DNA of 64,000 nt from Scyliorhinus canicula (Eukaryota): positions 52,918,823 to 52,982,822 of the forward strand of contig NC_052158.1 in assembly GCF_902713615.1 (NCBI RefSeq), read 5' to 3'. Each line of letters begins with the position of its first letter. The stretch's first letter is position 1. Below the pieces are notes generated by a model. The model did no database searches and was not told the origin of the DNA. It saw nothing but the letters and a program-made list of their open reading frames with translations. Both the position numbers and the translations under genes were made by a program. Positions 1-9,560 of the stretch are shown here, piece by piece.

Positions 1-199
1 CAGGAAGGTCACAAGATAAGGACAATTAGACTCTAGATGACCTTCTCTGAATGAGAGTTCCCCTGGTAACGAGGGGGCGGGTTCCACCATTAACTGAGAG
101 CTGAGCTCTCTCAAATAAAAACCCCAGCCTGGGAGCAGAGGAGGCCCTTCCGGGAGTGTGGAGTGTAATATTGTGAATAAATAGAGCGGAATACTCTGT

Positions 200-690
200 A
201 GCCCAACGCCAAAATTGGGAATGGCAATCAAGCGGAGAATGGCTTCCGACGCCGGAATCGGGGCAGGCGCCAGTTGGACCCAGGTTCGCTATGCTCTGCC
301 CCCTCCAAATCGGCATCATGGCGACGCGTGCAGTCACAATGCTGTTGGCGCATCATCAGCTGGCCCACCCGTGATTCTCCGCCCATTCCCCCCATGGGCT
401 GAATTCCCGACAGCGCGAGCCACGTGTGGTCCCAGCGGTTGGGAACCTGGCGTGCCGGCTGCAGTGTCGCTGGGATCCATGCTGCTCGCCGGGGGCTTCT
501 GCTGGGGGAGTGGTGGGCTCTGGGGCCGGGGTGGGCGGGTTAGGGTTCAAGCAGCAGGCGCCGTGTTTTCAGTGCGACGAGTGCAGCTCGTCAGCCCTGA
601 GCTTGCGTGGCCCAGGACCCGCCGATTCACCTCCATTTTCTGCGCGATCAGTGGGTGTTCCACGTGGTGCTGGTGCTAGCTCCTGACCGG
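200..690. mobile_element. GC-rich non-autonomous DNA-transposon-like repeat fragment
   Basis: Shares GATTCTCC/GAATTC motifs and GC-rich body with copies at 14907-15306, 49640-50263 and 61585-62231; termini not clear. Confidence 0.5.
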
Positions 691-1011
691 GAGGGGTTCA
701 CGTTGATTTTCCCATCTTGAAACACCCGTGGATCCCCCGTTGGCCTCAGGAACAGGGAAATCCACCAAGAATGTTTGTGTTCTGCCTGGATGATGAAAAT
801 GAAATGAAATGAAATTAGATTCCAGGTGCAGGTCCAGGTGGGGTTCAGGTCCACCTGATCCAGGTGTGCTGCTTTAGCGGATTCTACAAAACACCAAACC
901 CACGGAGTGAGAGAGAGAGTGTGAGAGAGTGAAACAGAGAAAGACAAAGAGAGATCAGGACATGAACACTAAAACACAAACCCTACAGGGAGAGAGAGCT
1001 GTCCAGTCATG

Positions 1012-1065
1012 GGCAGCACGGTAGCATAGTGGTTAGCATCAATGCTTCACAGCTCCAGGGTCCCA
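1012..1065 (+). mobile_element. V-SINE/HE1-type SINE head fragment
   Basis: GGGCAGCACGGTAGCATAGTGGTTAGC tRNA-like head, truncated before the B box. Confidence 0.8.
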
Positions 1066-1261
1066 ACTCACAGAGAGACTGCGGTCCAGTCACATAGAAC
1101 ATGGTTAATACCCCAGTACCCAGACACGGAGACCCTCTCTGACCCCATTACCCACTGAGGGTTAATACCCCAGTACCCAGACACTGAGACCCTCTCTGAC
1201 CCCATTACCCACTGACTGAGGGTTAATACCCCAGTACCCAGACACTGAGACCCTCTCTGTG

Positions 1262-1560
1262 TGGGCAGCACAGTGTTTAGCACATTTGCTTCACAGCTCT
1301 CGGGTCCCAGGGTCGATTTCCGGCTTGGGTCACTGTCTGTGCGGAGTCTGCACATTCACCCCATTACTGAGTGGGTTTCCTCCGGGTGCTCCGGTTTCCT
1401 CCCACAGTCCAAAGATGTGCGGGTTAGGTGGATTCGCCCTGATAAATTGCCCTTACGGGAATAGGGTGGAGGCATGGTCTTAAGTAGGGTGCTCTTTCCA
1501 AAGGCCAGTGCAGACTCGATGGGCTGAATGGCCTCCTTCTGCACTGTAAATTCTATGATT
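1262..1560 (+). mobile_element. V-SINE/HE1-type SINE
   Basis: tRNA-like head, central GGGTTTCCTCCGGGTGCTCCGGTTTCCTCCCACAGTCCAAAGA core, CR1-like 3' tail. Confidence 0.9.
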
Positions 1561-1607
1561 CTATGACCCCATTCCCCACAGACTGAGGGTTAATACCCCA
1601 GTACCCT

Positions 1608-1935
1608 GGGCAGCACGGTAGCATTGTGGATAGCACAATCGCTTCACAGCTCTCGGGTCCCAGGTTCGATTCCGGCTTGGGTCACTGTCTGTGCGGAGTC
1701 TGCACATCCTCCCCGTGTGTGCGTGGGTTTCCTCCCGGTGCTCCGGTTTCCTCCCACAGTCCAAAGATGTGCAGGTTAGGTGGATTGGCCATGATAAATT
1801 GCCATTAGTGTTGGGTGGGGTTACTGGGTTATGGTGATAGGGTGGAGGTGTTGACCTTGGGTAGGGTGCTCTTTCCAAGAGCTGGTGCAGACTCGATGGG
1901 CCGAATGGCCTCCTTCTGCACTGTAAATTCTATGA
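1608..1935 (+). mobile_element. V-SINE/HE1-type SINE
   Basis: A box and B box (GGTTCGATTCC), V-SINE core, tail ...CACTGTAAATTCTATG. Confidence 0.92.
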
Positions 1936-2513
1936 TACCCAGACACTGAGACCCTCTCTGACCCCATTACCCACTGACTGAGGGTTAATACCCCAGTACC
2001 CAGACACAGACCCTCTCTGACCCCATTACTCACTGACTGAGGGTTAATACCCCAATACCCAGACACTGACACTCTCTCTGACCCCATTACCCACTGACTG
2101 AGGGTTAATACCCCAGTACCCAGACACTGACACCCTCTCTGACCCCATTACCCACTGACTGAGGGTTAATACCCCAGTACCCAGACACAGACCCTCTCTG
2201 ACCCCATTAGTCACTGACTGAGGGTTAATACCCCAGTACCCAGACAGTGACCCTCTCTGACCCCATTACTTACTGACTGAGGGTTAATACCCCAGTACCC
2301 AGACACAGACCCTCTCTGACCCCATTAGTCACTGACTGAGGGTTAATACCCCAGTACCCAGACACTGTGACCCTCTCTGACCCCATTACCCACTGACTGA
2401 GGGTTAATACCCCAGTACCCAGATACTGAGGCCCTCTCTGACCCCATTACTCACTGACTGAGCTAATACCCCAGTACCCAGACACTGAGACCCTGTCTGA
2501 CCCCATTACTCAC

Positions 2514-2562
2514 CTGCAGAGACCGCTCCACACAGAATGACAAGCAACATTAATCTCCTCAT
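2514..2562 (-). CDS. Leader (signal peptide) exon 1 of an MHC class I-like heavy-chain gene
   Basis: Minus strand ATG AGG AGA TTA ATG TTG CTT GTC ATT CTG TGT GGA GCG GTC TCT GCA G|GTGAGT = MRRLMLLVILCGAVSA plus phase-1 donor. Hydrophobic core with small-residue cleavage site; X-Y modules upstream; class I-type tail exons at the other end of the window. The lineage cannot be assigned from the leader. Confidence 0.75.
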
Positions 2563-2678
2563 TGTTGCTTCCCTGGACAGTGTTTGGTGAGGTTTTGTTT
2601 GATGAGGTTGCGGAAAATCCTCATCGAACAGACAGCCGCTGTTGATCCTGTCCTATTGGTTTACTGGTAAATCAGTCT

Positions 2679-2720
2679 CCAATTGGAATAAAGAGTCTGT
2701 TTGAGCCATCAGTCTCTGAG
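2679..2720 (-). promoter_or_regulatory. Proximal X-Y-like module
   Basis: Minus strand CTCAGAGACTGATG (2707-2720), 20 nt, CCAATTGG (2679-2686); same spacing as the distal module. Confidence 0.55.
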
Positions 2721-2758
2721 TAGAAGAGGTTTGGATAGGTTGCGTTAGTGAAAATTAT

Positions 2759-2800
2759 CCAATCAGAAAAATACTTTCAATTACATCATCAGTCGCTGTG
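2759..2800 (-). promoter_or_regulatory. MHC SXY-type X1/X2-Y module (RFX/CREB/NF-Y)
   Basis: Minus strand CACAGCGACTGATG-ATGTAATTGAAAGTATTTTT-CTGATTGG: X1-like 14-mer, CRE-like TGATGTAA, perfect Y box after a 20-nt spacer, as in mammalian MHC promoters (consensus recalled, not aligned). Confidence 0.8.
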
Positions 2801-2857
2801 AGTAAACTTTACAATCAAACAAGAAATTGAATGTAGTTTGATCCGAACTTGACAGAA

Positions 2858-3070
2858 TAAAGAACATTCGGAACAGCGAGAGACCATTCAGCCCCTCGGG
2901 CCCTGCTGCACCATCCAATCAGATCCTGACTGATCTGTGTATGAACTCCATTTACTCCATATTCCCTCATACTCCAACCCAACAACAATCTGAGCCTGAA
3001 AATATCCAATTGTTCCAAATTCCACAGCGGCAACCCTTTGAGTGAAAATAGCTTCTCTATGTCTGTCCTA
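2858..3070 (-). mobile_element. Degenerate CR1 3' end
   Basis: AGAACAT...GGAACAG...GACCATTCAGCCCCTCG pattern of reverse-complemented CR1 tails seen elsewhere in the window. Confidence 0.5.
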
Positions 3071-3942
3071 TCAAATCCTGGTTAACATTTGTAATAACTC
3101 CCGTGAGGCCCAGGCCCTTGATTGATTCCCCCCCCCCCCCGCGAAGGGGTGGAATTTGAGCTTCCTCACCGGTGGGCGGAGGCCTGCTGCAGCTGGGGCT
3201 GAGCAGAAACCAGAATAAAGGCTGGCCCAGAGAGGGAGCATCATGCTGCTTTGCCCAACAACACTGTACTCTGGAAATACTGTGCTGCCATGGCCAGAAT
3301 TGGTGTGAACGTGAATAAATAAATAAAACTTTTTTTTGCCATTTTCAGAGTTATGTACATTTGCTGTTCACTTTTATTTATTATATAATGTAAAAACAGG
3401 CTTTGTCTGACTTTCCATTATTTCCATATTGTTGCCGTCTGGTTCGGTGTGTTCTCCCCAGCCCCCTTTTCCCTAACCTCCCCCCTGCCCAACCACCCCC
3501 CCCCCCCCCCTCCCCCGACGGTCCTCCCTGGTCGATCTGGGGGAGGGGGGTGGGGTGCGCCCCCTTCTCCTTGTTCCCCCACTCCTATTTCTGTTCTTCC
3601 TCCGTATGTTTCAGCTGTGTTCTTTTTGTGGATTGGGGAGTTTGCCCCCCTCCCCCCTATCTCTAGTGTTGTCTCACTTTGTCCCTCTCAGGCTCTCTGC
3701 CGCCTTCTCCCCTCACCCCTCCTCCCTGGGTAGTGCGTTTCTGGAGGTCCTCCTTGTCCGTCTTTCTTTTCCCGTTTCCCTTTCTACTGGCTGTTGCTGG
3801 CCTCGAACAGGTTTTGGAACAGACTGACAGATTGCCCATATGCAGTGAGGAAGCCTTCCTCCCACCCTCAGATGGCATAATTCATCTTCTCCAGGTGGAG
3901 GAATTCCGAGAGGTCAGCGAGCCAGTCTGCAGCTGTGGGTGG

Positions 3943-4268
3943 CAGCGCCGGCCCTAGGGTTGCTGGCGCCCCGGGCAAGCTGAACTTCAGCACCCTTGGG
4001 GGGGGGGGGGGGCGGGGCGAGGCAGGGGGGGCGAGGGGCAGGGGGGGGGGGCGAGGGGTGGACGGAGGGGGGGGGCGAGGGGTGGACGGAGGGGGGGGCG
4101 GCCGGAGGGGGGGGGCAGAGGGGGCCGCCCTGGGGGAGAGCGGCCACCGCGCATGCGCTGGTTGGCACCGGCCCAAATGCGCATGCGCGGGACCCGAGTC
4201 TCTGGCGCCCCCGAGCACATGGCGCCCCGGGCGACTGCCCGAGTTGCCGGTACCTTGGGCCGGCCCTG
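3943..4268. mobile_element. hAT-type MITE inserted in the L1
   Basis: TIRs CAGCGCCGGCCC / GGGCCGGCCCTG (11/12 match) and an 8-bp TSD GTGGGTGG at 3935-3942 and 4269-4276. Confidence 0.88.
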
Positions 4269-5760
4269 GTGGGTGGCGTTGCTGATCGCCAGCCGAGCAG
4301 GATTCTCCGGTGTGCGATGAGGGAAGCGAAAGCAAGGATGTCGGCTCTCTTCCCCATGTGTAGCTCTGGCTACTCTGATACCCAGAAGATTGCCACATTT
4401 GGGCATGGCTTCACCCTTACCCCCACAACCTTAGACATTGCCTCGGAGAAGGCTGTCCAGAAGCCAACAAGTTTGGAACAAGGCCAGAACAAGGATGTGG
4501 TTGGCCAGGCCCCTCTGGCACGGTTCACATTTGTGCTCTACCTCTGGGAAGAACCTGCTCATTCGGGTTCTGGTCAGGTGCGCTTTGTGCACTACTTTGA
4601 ACTGCATGAGGGTGAGCCCTGTGCAGGAGGAGGTGGAGTGCTCAGTGCTTCGCTCCAGAGTCCCCACCCCACTTCTGTCCCCAGTTCGTCCTCCCATTTC
4701 CTTCTGGTCTCGTCCAGTGGTGTTTGGGCTGTGTACAGTAACTCTCTGTACATTTTCCCACAGAGTCCCTCTTCCTTATTGTCCATGCTCAGCAGGTGAT
4801 CTCCAGGGCCCATGGGTATCATGCTGTCTCTTTGCAGAGGAAGTGTTTTATTTGTAAGTGCCTCATTTCCTGTCCTCTCGGTAGTTCCCATTCCTCTGTC
4901 AGTTTGTTCAGCGTCGCTATTCTGTGTCCTGTGTAGAAGTCCCTGACTGTCAGCATTCCCTGTCCTGTCTCCATTCTTTAAAAGTTGCCTCCAGCATGGT
5001 TGGCGGGAATCTGTGGTTCCCGTAGATGGGGGCCAAGGGGGGTGTTTTGGTCAGCCCGAAAGGCTGGTTTAGTTGGCCCCACGTTTTTAGTGTAGCCGCT
5101 ACCACTGGGCTCGATGTGTATTTCGTCGAGGGGGATGGGAGTGCTGTCGTGGCGAGGGTCCGGAGGGCCGTCCCCTTGCAGGAGGCCTCCTCCATTTGCA
5201 TCCATTCCGAGTTGGGTGTGTGCCCTCAGCCTCTCACTCTTTCCGCTGTTGCCGCCCAGTGGTAATATTGCAGGTTTGGCAGTGCCAGGCCTCCCTTCAT
5301 TTGCCGTGTTGATTTGGGGACTCTTGGATTCTTGCCTCCCCACACAAACACCATAATCAGACTATCTTCATTTTGGAAGAAGGCCTTAGGTATGAAGATC
5401 GAGATGGATTTCCGCCATGGTATTTTTTATAACGTTTGTGTCGTCCCAGCAGGGAGCATACACGTTCACCGGTGACCCTCCCAGGATGCCGCTGACCATG
5501 ACATACCCTCCCCCTGGGTCCGTAATCGTCCTAGTCTCCGTGAATCTCGCCTCCTTGTTGATCAATATGGCTACACCCCTAGCCCTCGATCCATAGCGTG
5601 AATGGTACATCTGTCCCACCCAGCCCTTCCGTACCAGTAATATGTCCTTCTCCCTCAGGTGTGCCTCCTACAAGTAGACTATGTCCGCCTTCAGGCTTCT
5701 CAGGTGTGAGAAGACTCTGGATGTTTTCACTGGGCCATTAAGTCCCATTCCATTCACACT

Positions 5761-5925
5761 GGGCTAAATCCCTGGCTTTGAAAGCAGACCAAGGCAGGCC
5801 AGCAGCACGGTTCGATTCCCGTAACAGCATCCCCGAACAGGTGCCGGAATGTGGCGACTAGGAGCTTTTCACAGTAACTTCATTGAAGCCTACTCCTGAC
5901 AAGAAGCGATTTTCATTTAATTTAA
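5761..5925 (+). mobile_element. tRNA-derived SINE with (ATTTC)n-type tail (second SINE family)
   Basis: GGGCTAAATC..GCTTTGAAAGCAG..GGTTCGATTCCC..GAAGCCTACT..AAGCGATTTTCATTT; same family reversed at 20185-20368 and 62973-63130. Confidence 0.8.
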
Positions 5926-6869
5926 TTTCATTCCGGGTAACAATCCTGGTGGGGGGGTTTCTGTTCCCCCGGTCCTGTGGGGTCACCCATACTTACCTGT
6001 TGGATGTGCCCCTGCACTCTGAGGTTTCCCTTTGTTAGGGGACCGTCCAAAATGGTCGCGATCGCTGCTCTCACCATGAGGGTTTCCCTTTGTCCAGGGG
6101 CCACCCAACATGGCCGCCAACTGTGTGGATGCCAGGTCGGTGCGCCCCTGCACTCAGGGGCACCCCTTTGTTTTGGGGACCCTCCAAAGTGGCTGCTTGC
6201 CACGCCATCTTGATTCCTCAGCCTGCCCCATGCCTGCCGAGGCTGGCACCTGTTTCGCTGCCAACCCTTTACTGTCTTTCTGCCCCTTTTCTGTTCTGTG
6301 TATTCCCCCCTCTTGTGCCTCTCCACCCCTTGACCAGATGCTCCCTCTCCCCTAAGAGGTGTGCCGCGGCCCCTTTACTGCTTGTCTTCCCGTTCTAGCC
6401 CTCCCTGCTAGTAGGGTGGCTTCCCCCTAGACTGATCTCGCCCTGTCCCTATTCTGTCTGCCTGTCTCCGTTCTCTTCCTCGCCCCCTCACCTGTTTGCC
6501 CTGTCTTCTCTCCCTTCTTTCTGTCTTCCTACTTTAATCCGAGATCGAGGCAGCACAGTCCCGCGCAAGCACAGAATCCATACAATCCAGTCCCAATTCG
6601 TCCTCTGCTTTCTGTCTTTTTCCCTCTGGCCCTCACCGTTGCTGCATTTGTTCCTTCTCTCGGTTGTTCATTTTCACGACCTCCTCAGCCTCCGCCGGGG
6701 TGCCGAAGTATTGTTCTTTCCCCTTGTATGTTACCCAGAGTCTGGCCGGAAACATGCCAAACCTCACCCCACTCTTACAGAGTACCGATTTTGCTTTATT
6801 AAATATGGCTCTCTTTTTTGCAAAGTCCACCCCAGTGTCCTGATAGACCCTTAATTCTGTGTCCTTCCC

Positions 6870-7991
6870 AGGAGTACAACCTCTGCACCTGCGCAGTGTG
6901 TGTTTCGGCCGCTTCATTATCCCATTCGCATCGCGCATGCGTCGCGTCCCGGGAAGAGCGCGCAAAATGGCCGCTTTCATCAATGTTGAGGCGTTGCATC
7001 CGGGAGATGGTCTGCACACTCTCCGCCTCGTGGGAGGCTAGTTTATCATTTTCTGCCATTTTGTACTGGGAATAGCGATTTTCAGCGTGCTCATGCACAG
7101 TGCGTGTTTCAATCGCGACTGGCAGGGTCATATCCTCTCTGAGGATCAGAGTGAACTCCAAAAACGATTTGGTCTCTGATCATGGAGTCAGTGATACCAC
7201 TGAAGTTGCGGGATTGCACTAGCAGTCTAAGGTTAGTTAAGTATGAGTTGAAGGATTCGTCTTTACCTTGCAATTGCTGCTTGAATATGTAGCGCTCGAA
7301 GATCTCGTTGGTGTCCACCTCACAGTGGCTGTCAAACTTGTCCAGGATGGTCTGAAACTTTGTCTTGCCGTAGTCTTCGGCGAAGTGGAAGGAGTTGAAT
7401 ATTTCCAAGGCATGATCACCAGCTGTGGTGAGGAAAAGAGCTATCTTCCGTGCATCAGGCACACCATTGAGGTCTGATGCCTCGACGTAAAGCTGAAATT
7501 TCTGCTTGAATGTCCGCCAGTTGGCACTGAGATTGCCGGAGGTCCTGAGCTGGTGAGGAGCCTGAATCTTTTCCATTGTGCCGGTATACATTCGCTGGTT
7601 GTCACGGATCTTGTTGAGTTGAACTAATTAGACTGAACAGACACCTAGTATCATGTTGTGTTATGTAATTTGGAATGACACAAGCTGCCACTTGATGCAG
7701 TTTTGAGTAAAAGATGCTCCAGATGTTTTATTGAACTATTAGCACAGTTCTCAATGAGTTTGACTCTCTGCTAATCAAAATGTAGTAACTCAGTCTAACT
7801 GAACCAGCCTTGCTCTAAGCCACGTGCTGGGGTGTGATGCTGAGGATATGCCCTGTCTCACTCTGTAGATCTTGGTCTGTGGAAAGTGCCTCACCCCTTT
7901 TATCGTGAGACACCACCCCTCAGTGTCCTGACTGTTCATTGGTCGTGTCCTATTCTATTTGTTCATTAGCTGCATTTTGCATATCATGACA
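6870..7991 (-). mobile_element. gag: Gypsy family A 5' fragment: LTR (7654-7991), degenerate PBS, gag
   Basis: TG..CA bounded LTR followed on the minus strand by TGATACTAG; ORF 7109-7591 (QLRTSGNLSANWRTFKQKFQLY..MIRDQIVFG) homologous to gag at 8980 and 51666. Confidence 0.85.
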
Positions 7992-8190
7992 GGAGAGACT
8001 CTGTGGGGGAGACACTGAGGCAGGGAGGTACTCTGAAAGGAGGACACACTGCGGGGGAGAGATACTCTTGAGGCTGGGAGACAGTCTGAATGGGGAGACA
8101 CTCTGAAAGGAGGGATACACTGACAGGAAGAGAGATACTCTGAGGGGGAGGGAGACACTCTGAGGGGAGAGACACTCTGAGGCAGGCAAC
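7992..8190. repeat. Degenerate ~20-25 bp purine-rich tandem repeat
   Basis: Recurrent GAGACACTCTGAGGGGA motif. Confidence 0.7.
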
Positions 8191-9294
8191 ACTAAGTGGG
8201 TTTTGTAACATCTCTGACACCCAACTACCTGTTGCTGTTTTTGAAATAACAGCAACAAGATTTAAATCCTGGTTTGTGAGAGATTCTGCTGAATAGAAAC
8301 CAGTTTGATCAACAACTTCCTGAATGAGTTCAGGGACTTTCCAACTGAGAGAAACAGAAGGGAGGGGCAGAGACTGGGGAAATCCAGATAAAACTAGACT
8401 GAAGAGTGGGAGGAGATTGTGAACAGTGGTTAGGATTTGTAACAGGCTCATAGAAATCACAGAGAACTCAACTCAACTGTCCTCACTTGGGGGTGTGTGG
8501 GGTGTCATAATATACATCCATGTATATGACGGAGTGCAGACAAGCAGTGGTTGACACACAGGATGACCAGTGAGCACAGAGAACACAGCAGCCAATCACC
8601 AGACAGGACACTATAAAGCCAGAGGGCACCAGTTTTCCCGCTCTCTTGGGATCCAGCCTCTGAGACAGTCAGAGCTCGTGAGCAGCAACTAGAACAAACA
8701 CCATGTGGAAGTCAGTTAGTCTGGTCAGGTTAGCCTCAGGTCCCCAGTCAAGTCAGCATAGTGTCAACCCACAGTTGAGCATGTAATATAGTTAGATGTT
8801 AAATAAAATTGTGTTGCATCTCATCCAGTGTTTGAAGCCTGTCTCTCTCTACACTGCATCAAATGCAGTCCACATAGACCCAGCTTACCCAACACACAAT
8901 GGTACCAGGTCTGGATGTTGAGAATTGATGGACTCACCTTGAGGTAATCTACCTTGACCAGCAATCAGCCATCCGGTAACATGGACAGCATCCGCCCTCC
9001 TCCGCAGCTCCGCATCGCCGGCAACCTCGGTGAAAACTGGGATAGTTTCAAGCAGAACTTCCAGCTGTATCTTGAAGCTACTGACCTCAAGGCCGCATCA
9101 GATGCCAGGAAGATCGCACTCTTCCTTTCTACAGCCGGGGACCACGCTATCCACATCTACAACTCCCTCACATTCGCTGAAGGCGAAGACAAGGCGAAAT
9201 TTAAAACAGTCCTGCTGAAGTTGGACAGCCACTGCAACATTGAGGTGAATGAGAGCTTTGAACGGTACATTTTCCAGCAGAGGCTTCAGGGTAG

Positions 9295-9560
9295 AACATA
9301 GAACATAGAACATAGAACAGTGCAGCACAGAACAGGCCCTTCGGTCCCCAATGTTGTGCCGAGCCATGATCACCCTACTCAAACCCACGGATCCACCCTA
9401 TACCCGTAACCCAACAACGCCTCCCCTAACCTTACTTTTTAGGACACTACGGGCAATTTAGCATGGCCAATCCACCTAACCCGCACATCTTTGGACTGTG
9501 GGAGGAAACCGGAGCACCCGGAGGAAACCCACGCACACAGGGGGAGGACGTGCAGACTCC
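9295..9560 (-). mobile_element. 5'-truncated V-SINE in Gypsy gag
   Basis: (AGAACAT)n tail plus reverse core; gag resumes after an imperfect CAGGGTA/CAAGGTA duplication. Confidence 0.88.

Larger units (their letters stand above)
1108..2513. repeat. ~59-61 bp minisatellite in intron 1 of the MHC-like gene, interrupted by two SINEs
   Basis: Unit CCCAGACACTGAGACCCTCTCTGACCCCATTACCCACTGACTGAGGGTTAATACCCCAGTA; about 10 contiguous copies at 1937-2513, about 2.5 at 1108-1260, partial at 1563-1607. Confidence 0.95.
3320..6870 (-). mobile_element. L1-clade LINE, internally deleted and degenerate
   Basis: ORF2 C-terminal remnants (WLADLSEFLHLEK; QFKVVHKAHLTRTRMSRFF..CEPCQ), endonuclease remnant (RARGVAILINK, VNVYAPCWDD), ORF1 C-terminus (RVYQD..AKKRAIFNKAK..FGMFPARLWVTY). 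Confidence 0.85.

Noticed and set aside
1608-1690. tRNA genes at SINE heads
   Set aside because: A and B boxes are present but run straight into the V-SINE core; no complete cloverleaf.
1068-2087. ORFs with repeated WVMGSERVSVSGYWGINP
   Set aside because: Translation of the minisatellite and SINEs.
1108-2513. CRISPR-like periodicity
   Set aside because: Units are contiguous with no unique spacers, in a eukaryotic context.
3868-4799. Long Pro/Gly-rich ORFs in several frames
   Set aside because: They result from G/C runs in the hAT MITE and the antisense of L1 ORF2.
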